DNA from: Bacteroidota bacterium
GTDB lineage: Bacteria > Bacteroidota > Bacteroidia > JABEUT01
Assembly (NCBI GenBank): GCA_013289165.1
Contig: JABDAL010000005.1
Coordinates: 846 to 64,845 of the forward strand
Direction: 5' to 3'
Length of the DNA: 64,000 bases
Every line of letters starts with the position of its first letter. Position 1 is the first letter of the stretch. The notes beneath the pieces are model-generated. The model did not search any database. It was not told the DNA's origin and saw only the letters and a program-made list of their open reading frames with translations. Below are positions 19,365 through 30,000 of the stretch, piece after piece. The translations under genes and the position numbers were made by a program.

Positions 19365-21470
19365 ATGCGTACCAAACTCAGTCAACTACCATTTGTACGC
19401 ATATTTATTCCGTTTGCAATAGGTATTATTATTGAATTAAACTACCCATTACATCATTGTTTAATCTATCTGGGGCTCTTTTCTTTATGCCTGCTTTTGC
19501 TTTGGAATAGACAGAAAAAAGTAAAAAGTGGACAATACTCTTTGCGGTGGATTAGCGGGCTATTAATTTTTATTACCCTGTTCGCTTTCGGTTACTGCAC
19601 GTCATTATTGCGTACTCCTTCTGAGAATAAAAATTATGTTGGAAACATAAAGGGAAATGGCCGGGATAGCCTAATTGTTACACTCACTTCCATCCCACAG
19701 GAGAAACAAAGAACAATAAAAGCGACCGGAGAAATTACAGGCGTATTTAAAAATGGATTGGTTACCAAAGCCAATAGCCAGGCTCTATTTTATTTTCAGA
19801 AAAATTCTATTTCGGAGAATTTAAATTATGGAGACAAATTATGCGTATACTCCAATTTGCAGGAAATTGAACCGCCATCCAACCCTGATGAGTTTGATTA
19901 TAAACAATACCTACAGCTACATGGTATAAATTACGAATGTTATACACCCGGAAAAGATTACATACTATCTGGAACTAACGAGTCCAATAGTTTACTTCAA
20001 TTTGTAAATAACAGCCGGAAAAAATTAGTTTCATTACTTAATGAAAAAATCGGTGGCAAGGAAGCTGAAATTGCTTCAGCCATTTTGCTTGGATATCGTG
20101 AAGATCTTTCCCAGCCCCTTACACAGAGCTTTATCGACAGCGGAGTTATACATGTAATTTGCGTAGCGGGGCTTCATGTGGGCATATTATTCATTATACT
20201 GAATTACATTATTATTTTCCCCGTTAAATTAAAATATGGGAACCAACTAAGCTTGCTTATTATCTTACTGCTTTTGTGGCTTTATGCGCTGTTCACAGGT
20301 TTAGCAACCCCGGTGCTAAGGGCAACTATTATGTTCAGCTTTTTAACTGTTGGCAGGCATTTTAGAAAATATACCAATACGGTTAATACTCTTGCAGCAT
20401 CCGCTTTTTTAATGTTATTGTTCGACCCATTTTCAATTGCAGACAGCAGCTTTCAACTTTCTTATCTCGCGGTGTTTGGAATCATTATAATATATAAACC
20501 CCTTCAATCTGTTTTTAAACCAAGTACTCTGTTTGTAAGAAGAATTTGGGAGTTAATTTGTGTATCTGTTTCGGCACAGTTGGCTGTACTCCCTTTGTCG
20601 TTATTATATTTTCATCAGTTTTCAAATTATTTCATCCTTGCGAATATCCTGGTTGTTCCTCTTCTTGCAGTAGTTATATGCACAGGGATATTCTTTTTTC
20701 TTACTTCGTGGATACCTTATCTTTCTTTTGCTTCAGCATGGTTACTTCAAAAAAGCCTCCTGCTTATGAATACTATCGTTGCAGGGGTATCACACCTGCC
20801 TTTTTCTGTATCAAAGGGAATCAGCATTTCGAATTTTAAAGTAATACTCTTATTTCTTTGCATTACCTGTTTTGTTACCTTCTTCTTTTCGAAAAGATAC
20901 AACCTACTCTTTTCAGGATTGGCAGTATTTACCGTATTTATTGCATATAAAGCAATAGAAAAAACAGCCCATTTGCACCAGCAAATATTGGCGGTTTATA
21001 ATATCCCCGGAAAGTCTGCCATTTCATTTATTTCAGGAGAAAGTTGCCTGCTCCCATTTGGTAAAATTGATTCTGCTGATATTGCCTTTCATATACAGTA
21101 TAACTGGTGGAAACTGGGAATAAAGAATTATCGTACTATTTATTCAGACACAAATGCTACATTATTTTCAGGCAAACTGATGCTGCAAAAGCAGTTTGCA
21201 CAGTTTAACAACCAGAGAGTTGCATTTATAAGGCAAAATACCGATGTGCCTTCTTCCTCCGCTAATAAACTGCACCTGCATTGCATTATAGTCTCCGGTA
21301 GGTATGACCTTGATATGCTTAGTTTAAAAAATGCTTTTAATTTTGATACACTGATATTCGATTCATCGGTACCGGACTATAAATTGAAAAAGTGGGAAAA
21401 AGAATGTCAGCAATTGAATTTACCTTATTATAGTATTAAAACACAAGGCGCATACATAGAAAACTGTTAA
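19365..21470 (+). CDS. ComEC/Rec2-family competence membrane protein
   Basis: 701 aa. Has the competence-domain polytopic core (GVIHVICVAGLHVGI...) after a DUF4131-like N-terminus. Confidence 0.8.
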   Translation: MRTKLSQLPFVRIFIPFAIGIIIELNYPLHHCLIYLGLFSLCLLLLWNRQKKVKSGQYSLRWISGLLIFITLFAFGYCTSLLRTPSENKNYVGNIKGNGRDSLIVTLTSIPQEKQRTIKATGEITGVFKNGLVTKANSQALFYFQKNSISENLNYGDKLCVYSNLQEIEPPSNPDEFDYKQYLQLHGINYECYTPGKDYILSGTNESNSLLQFVNNSRKKLVSLLNEKIGGKEAEIASAILLGYREDLSQPLTQSFIDSGVIHVICVAGLHVGILFIILNYIIIFPVKLKYGNQLSLLIILLLLWLYALFTGLATPVLRATIMFSFLTVGRHFRKYTNTVNTLAASAFLMLLFDPFSIADSSFQLSYLAVFGIIIIYKPLQSVFKPSTLFVRRIWELICVSVSAQLAVLPLSLLYFHQFSNYFILANILVVPLLAVVICTGIFFFLTSWIPYLSFASAWLLQKSLLLMNTIVAGVSHLPFSVSKGISISNFKVILLFLCITCFVTFFFSKRYNLLFSGLAVFTVFIAYKAIEKTAHLHQQILAVYNIPGKSAISFISGESCLLPFGKIDSADIAFHIQYNWWKLGIKNYRTIYSDTNATLFSGKLMLQKQFAQFNNQRVAFIRQNTDVPSSSANKLHLHCIIVSGRYDLDMLSLKNAFNFDTLIFDSSVPDYKLKKWEKECQQLNLPYYSIKTQGAYIENC

Positions 21471-21480
21471 TTTATTTTAT

Positions 21481-21906
21481 ATGGACAATCAAGCATTAGC
21501 AGAAAAAGTGGTAGATACCATGTTTACCAATGATTACTTTAGCCAGTGGCTGGGAATAGAAAGAGTTAAAGTGGAACCGGGGCATTGTATTTTAAAAATG
21601 CAAATCAGGAAGGAAATGTTGAATGGTTTTTCCATTGCCCATGGCGGAATCGCTTATTCCCTTGCTGACAGCGCCCTTGCATTTGCATCCAATTCACATG
21701 GAACAAAGAGCCTTTCGATAGAAACTTCCATTTCGCATACGGTATCCTTAAAAGAAGGCGATACTATACTTGCCGAGGCTACAGAGGTAAGCCTTAGCAA
21801 TAAGATTGGGATTTACTATATTACTGTAAGAAAAGGGGAAGAAAAGGTAGCACTCTTCAGAGGTACGGTTTACCGTACCTCCAAAGAATGGTTCGAGAAT
21901 AAATAA
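21481..21906 (+). CDS. PaaI-family hotdog-fold thioesterase
   Basis: NGFSIAHGGIAYSLADSALAFA motif; 141 aa. Confidence 0.8.
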   Translation: MDNQALAEKVVDTMFTNDYFSQWLGIERVKVEPGHCILKMQIRKEMLNGFSIAHGGIAYSLADSALAFASNSHGTKSLSIETSISHTVSLKEGDTILAEATEVSLSNKIGIYYITVRKGEEKVALFRGTVYRTSKEWFENK

Positions 21907-21913
21907 GAGATTC

Positions 21914-22300
21914 TTAGTTTTGAGCGTGGAGAGCGATTCTGTTACCTTCGGTATCGGTAAAGAATGCCATATATCCAATTTCAGGTGAGATTTGAATTTT
22001 AGGGCTTGCCACTTTACCGCCTGCGTGTTCAATTCTGTTAATAACCGTGTCAATGCTTGGATCAGCATTCAGGTATATAACTGCTCCTTCCGTAGAAGGT
22101 TTATGCTGAGGCCCTTCAACAAGAGCACCGGCTACTTTTCCGTTACCCATTTCAGATGGGAAGCCTGTCATTTTCATACCCATCATTTCACCCATAGGGT
22201 TCATTTTAATATCAAAAACTGTTTCATAGAATTTGGTTGCCCTTGAAATATCTGTTGCAGGTATTTCAAACCAATTCAGGGAGTTTGTGTCCTTATTCAT
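21914..22300 (-). CDS. VOC (glyoxalase/bleomycin-resistance) family protein
   Basis: NWFEIPATDISRATKFYETVF...; 128 aa. Confidence 0.75.
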   Translation of the reverse strand: MNKDTNSLNWFEIPATDISRATKFYETVFDIKMNPMGEMMGMKMTGFPSEMGNGKVAGALVEGPQHKPSTEGAVIYLNADPSIDTVINRIEHAGGKVASPKIQISPEIGYMAFFTDTEGNRIALHAQN

Positions 22301-22568
22301 TTTTTTAGGTTTTTAAAAGTTATTTTATTCTATACGTATCGTTTCAAAGATAGAATATTTTTCCATAACTTTGGCTTTATCTATTTGTTAAATCAAACTT
22401 AACAACTTCGTAATATCATTTTGAGGAAAACCGCAGACAAAAGAATACCTGAAATATGATTTTTACAGATTCTGCGAAGGTTATTGAGATAGGTCTCGTC
22501 TAATTATTCAAAATGTCCATAAATAAAGTGTTATTTAACACTTCAAAGGGCAACCGAAGTGGTCATTG

Positions 22569-22636
22569 AGTGGTTAATTGTTATATGCACGTAAGCGGGG
22601 GTAGCCGTTCAGGGGAAGGCGCCTCCGCTGAAATGC
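22569..22636. repeat. 68-nt hairpin-containing intergenic repeat, copy A
   Basis: AGTGGTTAATTGTTATATGCACGTAAGCGGGGGTAGCC..GGCGCCTCCGCTGAAATGC is near-identical to 23884-23950. Confidence 0.85.
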
Positions 22637-22681
22637 AAGCATGAGGGATAGCCCTCACTCTTAAAATCATTCCATTTTATA

Positions 22682-23794
22682 TTACAAGTAACTAAGCCAT
22701 CTTTTTTCAGGATGTGCCGACTTATATTTTCCATACCAAACACATGGAAAATAAAGAACAAGGACGACTCCGAACCAAACAAGGTAAACAGCCCATAAAT
22801 GAAACTTGTTGGTGGTTCCAGTAAAAAAGGCTGCACAATGAATTAGGTAAAGATGAAGTATATAGTAGAACATAGGCACCTTGCCCACATTAACAAGAAT
22901 TTTCACCAATACATTATCCATACTTTCTAATAAATAAAGACACAAGATGGCTGGTCCCAGGGTCATTAAAGCAAATAATAAAGATACCGGGTATTTATTG
23001 CAATTAATAAAGGAAAGTATAGTGTAACGGGTTCTTATCTGGTACTCCCAGGGATGGGGGTCTCCATATAGGTTAGTATATCTTATTAATATAAACACAG
23101 CAATACAAGAAAGTCCGGTCCATAATATAGCTTTCTTTCTTTTTGACAACTCCGTCCCGGGTGCAAAAACCTTGCCGAAAGTGTATCCAAGGGAAATTAA
23201 GCCCAGGTAAGGCAAAATAGGATATAAGACTATTACTTTTATAGCAGAACCCAGGTTAAGAACCCCTTCCACGTGCAGTAAAGTCCATATATCATTCAGG
23301 CCGGTATTGTCAGCAAAATGAACATTGTCAGTTAAATTGTGCAGGAGAATAATGGCAAGCCCGGCTACTAAAATTACCATATAGGGCAATCTTGATATAA
23401 ACGAGAGAAATACCATACTGACACCAATTGCCCATATTACCTGTAAGATGACGGCATTATTTCTATTGGCAAAAAGCCACGCAAAATGTACAACCGTAAG
23501 CTCAAGGAGAATAAGCCATAAGCCACGTGTAAAAAGGAACTTGCTTAATTCGTTTTTGGTATATTTGAGCCCATACAGATATGCCGATATCCCGGTAAGA
23601 AAAATAAAGGTGGGTGCACAAAAATGGGTTATCCACCGGGTAAGAAACAAATCAGTAGGGGAATAAAGCAAATTGAGGGGGTCATGAACGAAGGCATCAT
23701 AGTGAAAAAAATCCCTGGTATGGTCTAATGCCATAATTATCATTACTAAACCCCTTAAGGCATCGATAGATTGGATACGAGATGACTTCATCAA
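22682..23794 (-). CDS. DUF1624 / HGSNAT-like acyltransferase-family membrane protein
   Basis: N-terminal RIQSIDALRGLVMIIMALDH motif and a polytopic membrane body. Confidence 0.75.
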   Translation of the reverse strand: MMKSSRIQSIDALRGLVMIIMALDHTRDFFHYDAFVHDPLNLLYSPTDLFLTRWITHFCAPTFIFLTGISAYLYGLKYTKNELSKFLFTRGLWLILLELTVVHFAWLFANRNNAVILQVIWAIGVSMVFLSFISRLPYMVILVAGLAIILLHNLTDNVHFADNTGLNDIWTLLHVEGVLNLGSAIKVIVLYPILPYLGLISLGYTFGKVFAPGTELSKRKKAILWTGLSCIAVFILIRYTNLYGDPHPWEYQIRTRYTILSFINCNKYPVSLLFALMTLGPAILCLYLLESMDNVLVKILVNVGKVPMFYYILHLYLIHCAAFFTGTTNKFHLWAVYLVWFGVVLVLYFPCVWYGKYKSAHPEKRWLSYL

Positions 23795-23883
23795 TCAAAT
23801 ATATTCGCTTCAAAATTATTTTTTTTCTTTGCCATTTAAACCATTTAATTTATCTGCGCTCTAAGACTGTAAAATGGTTATTT

Positions 23884-23950
23884 AGTGGTTAATTGTTATA
23901 TGCACGTAAGCGGAGGTAGCCAATAGGGGAAGGCTCCTCCGCTGAAATGC
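23884..23950. repeat. 68-nt hairpin-containing intergenic repeat, copy B
   Basis: See copy A. The stem is AGCGGAGG / CCTCCGCT. Confidence 0.85.
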
Positions 23951-23963
23951 TATAAAAGCCACA

Positions 23964-25055
23964 TTAAATGAATTTCTCTCCTTTCCGGGACTTTACTTCA
24001 TTAACAAAATTACGAATCTGCTGCTCATCCTCCTTTTTACATATGAGCAATATATCTTCCGATTCCACTACTATATAGTCTTCGAGGCCTTCTATTACGA
24101 CAAGCTTATTTTTGGGAACGTGTACAATACACTTCTCTGATTGGAATAGTAACACATTTTTACCAACCACAGCGTTTTTATTCTTATCCTTTTCCATCTG
24201 CTGGTAAAGAGAACCCCAGGTGCCTAAATCAGACCACCCAATAGCCGAGCTACGCACATACACATTAGAAGCTTTCTCCATCACAGCATAATCAATAGAA
24301 ATATTTTTACACTGGCTATAAATTTTTGCAACTTCCACGGCTTCTTTATCAGTGTAATAGTATTTTTTGCCTGCCTTAAATAAATCAGCAATCTCCGGTG
24401 CATGTGTTTCTAGGGCTTTGATGATGCTTTGAACACTCCATACAAAAATCCCCGAATTCCAAAGAAAATCTCCACTTTGAAGAAAAAACTGAGCCATTTC
24501 CAAATCAGGCTTTTCGGTAAATGTTTTCACCTTTTTAATCCTTGGGTCTTTTTCCTTAACAGGAGAGTCTTTATATTGAATATAACCGTAGCCGGTATCA
24601 GGCCATAGGGGACGTATACCAATGGTAATCAAGCAATCTTCCGATGCGGCTTTTTCATAACATGCTTTAAGAGCCTTAATAAACGTCTTATCTTTCTTAA
24701 TGAGATGGTCCGACGGGGCAACAAGTACTAACGCCTTGGGATCTTTCAATGCAATTTTATAGGAGGCATAGGCAACACAGGGAGCAGTATTTTTCCGTGC
24801 CGGTTCACATAAAATATTATCGTCCGGGACATCGGGTAGTTGTTGCTTTATCAAGTCTTTGTAAGACTCATGCGTTACAATAAATACATTTTCCTTCGGT
24901 ATCAATAGCGATAGCCGCTGATAGGTATCCTGGATAAGTGTAATGCCTTTCCCTAAAATATCAATAAACTGCTTCGGATGGGTTGTGCGGCTCATCGGCC
25001 AAAACCGACTGCCAACTCCCCCCGCCATGATTATACAGTATTGATGCTTATTCAT
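23964..25055 (-). CDS. manC: mannose-1-phosphate guanylyltransferase
   Basis: IIMAGGVGSRFWPMSR...PKQF, plus nucleotidyl-transferase and C-terminal beta-helix-like regions. Confidence 0.85.
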   Translation of the reverse strand: MNKHQYCIIMAGGVGSRFWPMSRTTHPKQFIDILGKGITLIQDTYQRLSLLIPKENVFIVTHESYKDLIKQQLPDVPDDNILCEPARKNTAPCVAYASYKIALKDPKALVLVAPSDHLIKKDKTFIKALKACYEKAASEDCLITIGIRPLWPDTGYGYIQYKDSPVKEKDPRIKKVKTFTEKPDLEMAQFFLQSGDFLWNSGIFVWSVQSIIKALETHAPEIADLFKAGKKYYYTDKEAVEVAKIYSQCKNISIDYAVMEKASNVYVRSSAIGWSDLGTWGSLYQQMEKDKNKNAVVGKNVLLFQSEKCIVHVPKNKLVVIEGLEDYIVVESEDILLICKKEDEQQIRNFVNEVKSRKGEKFI

Positions 25056-26350
25056 GCTTTCAATTGTTGTAAGGCATTTCGTAAGCGGCTAATAACATCC
25101 GGAATCTCATCTACCTTTGAGGTTCCTACCGAAAGCCTAAACCAGGAAGATTCTTCCGAACCATCAAATGCATAAAACGGCACGAGTGCAACATGAGCCT
25201 CATCTAATAGATAACGCATAATGGTTTTACTATCACTCAACGTGTCGTCCTTAGGGGTTTTCATTCCTGATAAATCAAAGTTTACGGTGAGATAAATAGC
25301 ACCCTGTGGTTTGACCGCATCCACCCGGAAGCCTTCTTCCTTCAACTTTATAAAGCCTTCGTAAAAGCCTTCCAGCCTTTGAAAAATGCTATCCTTAAAA
25401 CTGTCGAGAAACTTAGCCACGCCTGATACATTATTCAAATATTGGGCAACAGCAACCTGTTCAGCTTTGGGAGCCCAGGCACCCACATGCCCTATGATTG
25501 ACTTCATGCTATCTATTATTTTCTTATGGCCCATGGACCAACCCACGCGAACTCCCGTAGCCGCCAGAAATTTTGAAATACCGTCTACAAATATCGTATA
25601 GTCGCGCATTTCAGGGAACAAGGTTACAGGATTATAATGTTTTACATTAAAACTAAGCTGGCAATAAATTTGGTCATACAGCAAGTATACGGGTTTACGC
25701 CCTGATTCTGCACGACGATTATTTTCCTCCAGGATCAACTGGCAGATACTATGAAGCCCTTCGCGTGTAAATACTGTTCCGGTAGGGTTTTGCGGTGAGC
25801 ATAGAGAAACTAAAGTTACTTTACCAATATATGGTTTTATATCGTCTGCCGATGGCATAAAACTATTCTCAGGATGAGTTTCAATCTTAATAGGCTTTGC
25901 CCCCATCTGGTGGATATAGTGGTTATTATTCCATGATGGAACAGGATATAGAACGTAGTCTTCCGGATCAACCAACGCACGGTACGCGGAATAAATGATA
26001 GGCCTTGCTCCGCCGGCAATAATTATTTCGTCCGTTGGGGAGTAATGTAATTCAAGGGTCGAAGAGAGATATTGTGCTACTGCCTGCCTAAGAGCCAATA
26101 CACCGTCGGACGGAGGATAATTAGTTTGATTATGTTGGTACGCATCAATAATATCAGCCTTTAAAGCCCCCGGCAACGGAAAAATAACAGGGTCGAAATC
26201 ACCCACGGTGAAATTATATATTTTTTCTCCTTTCCGGATTTTCTCATTCACTTCAGCACCTATTTTCAGTATCTCAGAGCCAATCAAATGCTCTGCCATT
26301 TCTGAAACCTTTATTTGTGCCGGTTTAAGCTTTGTTGCTGTAGATTCCAT
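25052..26350 (-). CDS. PLP-dependent aminotransferase (class I/II)
   Basis: 432 aa. NPTG motif and the SKxxxxxGxRxG lysine motif (DGISKFLAATGVRVGW). Confidence 0.85.
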   Translation of the reverse strand: MESTATKLKPAQIKVSEMAEHLIGSEILKIGAEVNEKIRKGEKIYNFTVGDFDPVIFPLPGALKADIIDAYQHNQTNYPPSDGVLALRQAVAQYLSSTLELHYSPTDEIIIAGGARPIIYSAYRALVDPEDYVLYPVPSWNNNHYIHQMGAKPIKIETHPENSFMPSADDIKPYIGKVTLVSLCSPQNPTGTVFTREGLHSICQLILEENNRRAESGRKPVYLLYDQIYCQLSFNVKHYNPVTLFPEMRDYTIFVDGISKFLAATGVRVGWSMGHKKIIDSMKSIIGHVGAWAPKAEQVAVAQYLNNVSGVAKFLDSFKDSIFQRLEGFYEGFIKLKEEGFRVDAVKPQGAIYLTVNFDLSGMKTPKDDTLSDSKTIMRYLLDEAHVALVPFYAFDGSEESSWFRLSVGTSKVDEIPDVISRLRNALQQLKA

Positions 26351-26574
26351 TCGTTACCATTTTAGCGTGGCAAAGGTATAAAAATCGACATTAGAACAAT
26401 GTTAGAAAAATCAGTCCTGTTTGCCATTAAATTGTATCATTCAAAATAAATTCAAGATAAAATAAAGTTTGCTTTTTATGTTATTTCCAAAAATCAATCT
26501 CATTATTTGTGTCCCCTGTATTAATTAGTTAAATATCTTACTTTTGCCCCACCTACTTATTACACCCCATATAT

Positions 26575-27588
26575 ATGACTACCGAAAATAAAAAAAACCT
26601 TTTTGATGCCGGCAATATTTTAACATTTATCCTGAGCCGTTGGAAGCCTTTACTCGTTATAACTATACTGGCCATGGCAGCCTCGGTGGTAATATCGCTT
26701 GTATTACCTGAAAAATACAAAGCGACGGTCATTCTTTTCCCCGGGCAAAACAATAACCTTTCAAGGGCTTTTCTATCTATGCAGGCGGATAATACAAAAG
26801 ATTTTCTTTCGTTTGGCGGGGAAGAAAATGGTTCCGAACAATTAATGCAGGTTTTAAGATCGGACCAATTAATGTATGCCATTGCAAAAAAGTATGACCT
26901 TCTTCACTATTATAGTCTCGATGACCAGTGGGATAAATATTATTTGCTAAAAGGATCTTATAATGAACTCTTTAATTATAGTATAACTGAATATGAATCG
27001 ATAGAAATTAAAGTATTTGACCGTGACCCTAAAATGGCAGCCAAGTTAGCTAATGGAGTGGCTTACCTGGCTGATTCCATCATACAACAAATTATAAAAC
27101 AACGGTCCATGGCTGCATACAAAGTTGTAAAAGGCCAATATGATTCAGCTGTTGCAGTAGCAAATAAGTTAGAAGATTCATTAAACTTTTATCACAATCT
27201 CGGCATCCTGCACTGGCAAAACCAGGTGGATGAATTAACCGCCGGCTATACCGACGCAGAAGTAAATAATAATACCCAGGCTGCAAAAGACATTTCCGAT
27301 AAATTACAAATATTTGAAAAATACGGTAAAGGATTCCTGGTACTTAACAATGAGCTGGAGGCTACGTTCGAGTGGCTTAAGCAGGCTAGGGAATCGTGCA
27401 TGCAGGCAAAGGTTAACGCCGAACAAACTATACCGTCATTCTTTATTGCTGACAGAGCTGTTCCTGCCGACAGGAAAACATACCCCATCCGCGGACTGGT
27501 GGTAATAGGAGGGACTATTATTTCTTTGTTTATTGCAATTCTTGTCCTGCTTATTTTGAACCGTTTCAAAATGGCCCGAAAGGGGTAA
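26575..27588 (+). CDS. Wzz-like polysaccharide chain-length determinant
   Basis: N- and C-terminal TM helices bracket a coiled periplasmic region. LPEKYKATVILFP motif present. Confidence 0.65.
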   Translation: MTTENKKNLFDAGNILTFILSRWKPLLVITILAMAASVVISLVLPEKYKATVILFPGQNNNLSRAFLSMQADNTKDFLSFGGEENGSEQLMQVLRSDQLMYAIAKKYDLLHYYSLDDQWDKYYLLKGSYNELFNYSITEYESIEIKVFDRDPKMAAKLANGVAYLADSIIQQIIKQRSMAAYKVVKGQYDSAVAVANKLEDSLNFYHNLGILHWQNQVDELTAGYTDAEVNNNTQAAKDISDKLQIFEKYGKGFLVLNNELEATFEWLKQARESCMQAKVNAEQTIPSFFIADRAVPADRKTYPIRGLVVIGGTIISLFIAILVLLILNRFKMARKG

Positions 27589-27591
27589 TAA

Positions 27592-28536
27592 ATGAAGGAA
27601 GTTGAGGGGATAAATTTTTTAAAATGGATGTATGTCCATCTTAAACAAATACTCATAGTACAGGCAATTGCCCTGATTCTTTCTATTGTTTTTTCATCTC
27701 CGTATTTTATACCTGAAGAATATAAATCCACTTGTATTGTTTATCCTAATAATTTATGGGAGTATTCCCATGAAACCCCCACGGAACAAATGATGGAGTT
27801 TTTAAACTCGGTAGATGTAAAAAATGAAGTGATAGAGAAATTTAATCTTCGGAAACATTATGATTTGCTTTATACGGAGCCCTATTTCAAAAAACTCTAC
27901 AAAAAATATGACGATAATGTAGACATATCACCTACCCAGTACAATGCTGTAGACATTACAGTTTATGATATAAGCCCGGACACTGCCTATGAAATGGTAA
28001 CAAGCCTTCTCGATTTCCTGAATGATAAAATTAAGGCAGTGCAGCATGAAAAATCTATGGAACTGGTAGCTATGTGGAAAAAAGCGCTTTCTAATAAGCA
28101 ACGGGAAATAGATTCCATGACTAACCGTTCAAAACAGCTAAGTTCAGAGTATGGATTATTTGATTATACTATGCAATCAAAGGAAATTTCTAAGGCATAT
28201 TACGAGGCTTTAACCAATGGAAAAAGCACAAAACAACTGGATGAGCTAAACAAGCAAATGAAAAACCTGGAAGAACATGGAATAGAATTCCAGACAAATA
28301 ATGAACATATTAAATCAGCTATTACCAATTATACCGCCATTGAGACAAAATATGAAGATGTTTTAAAAGATATTAATAATAATCTTACTTATTGGAGCTA
28401 TGTTAGCGCCCCTTATAAACCAGACAATTCTTATTACCCGAATCGGTTTTTAATTATTATTTGTACATGTCTGACAGCTTTTATATTTTCCATTTTAGTT
28501 ATTGGTGGAATTGAGAAATCAAAACAAAAAACATAG
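27592..28536 (+). CDS. second Wzz-like chain-length determinant
   Basis: Same topology, with IPEEYKSTCIVYP motif. Confidence 0.6.
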   Translation: MKEVEGINFLKWMYVHLKQILIVQAIALILSIVFSSPYFIPEEYKSTCIVYPNNLWEYSHETPTEQMMEFLNSVDVKNEVIEKFNLRKHYDLLYTEPYFKKLYKKYDDNVDISPTQYNAVDITVYDISPDTAYEMVTSLLDFLNDKIKAVQHEKSMELVAMWKKALSNKQREIDSMTNRSKQLSSEYGLFDYTMQSKEISKAYYEALTNGKSTKQLDELNKQMKNLEEHGIEFQTNNEHIKSAITNYTAIETKYEDVLKDINNNLTYWSYVSAPYKPDNSYYPNRFLIIICTCLTAFIFSILVIGGIEKSKQKT

Positions 28537-28538
28537 TC

Positions 28539-29999
28539 TTGGTTAATAAAAAAGAAATAATAACCTTTTATATAGCCAGCATATTTTTTGTATGCCTTGA
28601 CCTACTACTTATACTTTTCCGTTTTGATTTTATAGCAGTTCTTCTACCATTGGCTGCCCTGATAGTTTACCTTGCCCTGTTCTCACTTGACAAACTAATG
28701 TTGTTTGTAGTTTTCTGTACACCATTGTCTATTAATATTTTCCAGGTTCCTGGACTACAACTTGGAGAAATAGGTGTGGGTATGGCATTACCTACCGAGC
28801 CTATTATGTTCGGTATTATGTTGCTTTTCTTTATGCATGTTGCCTATTCGGGATATGACAAAAAAATTAGCCGGCATGCTGTAAGTATAATGATTTTCCT
28901 GAGCCTCGGCTGGATGTTTGTTACCTGCTGTACAAGCACGATGTATTTTGTATCATTCAAGTATTTGCTCGAGCGAAGCTGGGGAGTTATTACATTTTAT
29001 TTCCTCGGCATATATTTATTTAAAAACATCAAAAATATCTTTTCATTTAACTGGCTGTATATTTCATCGTTCACTATAGTTATCATATACACTATCATTC
29101 GCCACTACCCATCGCATTTTTCTGAAAAAGCTGCACACACTGCTGTTAATCCATTTTATAATGACCATACTGCCTACGGCGCATTGTTGGCTATGTTTTT
29201 ACCCATAATTGGCGGATTAATTTTAATAAAAAGAAACAAGCCTACTGTGCGTGTGGTAGCTTTTGTCATATTTCTTCTTTTCGTGCTTGCATTAGCACTA
29301 TCCTATAGCCGTGCAGCATGGGTAAGTGTAGTAGCTGCCATTGTCGTATTGACCCTTATGCTTTTCCGGGTAAAGCTGCAGTGGATATTGATTGGATTTT
29401 GCATAGGAATTGGGGTGTTTTTTGCTTATCAAAGCAACATTATAATGAAGCTGAAGCGAAATAACAACCAAGTATCACAAAATATAGGAACCGAAATAGA
29501 ATCGATTTCAAATATATCATCCGATGCTTCTAACCTGGAACGCCTTAACCGCTGGAGCTGTGCTTTCCGCATGTGGGAAGACAAGCCTGTTTTTGGTTAT
29601 GGACCCGGAACATATATGTTTCAATACGCCCCTTACCAATATTCTTATATGCGTACCATTATAAGTACCAATGAAGGAAACAGGGGGAATGCTCATAATG
29701 AATACCTTGGACCGCTTGCCGAGGAGGGCTTATTTGGGATGCTTATTATGTTAGGACTTGCAGCGTCTGTGGTTACTCTTTCTTTCCGGTTGGCTTATAC
29801 TTTAAAAGACCGCGACACGCGAATTTTGGCTATCAGTATTTTTCTTGGGCTGGTAACCTATTTCATACATGGCTTCCTGAATAATTTCCTCGATACGGAT
29901 AAAGCGGCTGTCCCCTTCTGGGGCTTTATCGCCATGTTAGTGGCTATTGATTTAACCAACAAACCAGCAGCTGAGACTACGAAGCCGGCAATAACCTAG
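28539..29999 (+). CDS. O-antigen ligase family (Wzy_C-like) membrane protein (TTG start in the ORF track; true start uncertain)
   Basis: Polytopic. SYSRAAWV motif and a large loop containing GNAHNEYL. Confidence 0.7.
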   Translation: MVNKKEIITFYIASIFFVCLDLLLILFRFDFIAVLLPLAALIVYLALFSLDKLMLFVVFCTPLSINIFQVPGLQLGEIGVGMALPTEPIMFGIMLLFFMHVAYSGYDKKISRHAVSIMIFLSLGWMFVTCCTSTMYFVSFKYLLERSWGVITFYFLGIYLFKNIKNIFSFNWLYISSFTIVIIYTIIRHYPSHFSEKAAHTAVNPFYNDHTAYGALLAMFLPIIGGLILIKRNKPTVRVVAFVIFLLFVLALALSYSRAAWVSVVAAIVVLTLMLFRVKLQWILIGFCIGIGVFFAYQSNIIMKLKRNNNQVSQNIGTEIESISNISSDASNLERLNRWSCAFRMWEDKPVFGYGPGTYMFQYAPYQYSYMRTIISTNEGNRGNAHNEYLGPLAEEGLFGMLIMLGLAASVVTLSFRLAYTLKDRDTRILAISIFLGLVTYFIHGFLNNFLDTDKAAVPFWGFIAMLVAIDLTNKPAAETTKPAIT

Positions 30000-30000
30000 T

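Noticed and set aside
22609-22836. 75-aa minus-strand ORF spanning the hairpin repeat and the 3' end of the DUF1624 gene.
   Set aside because: It overlaps a well-supported gene in another frame and runs through the intergenic repeat.
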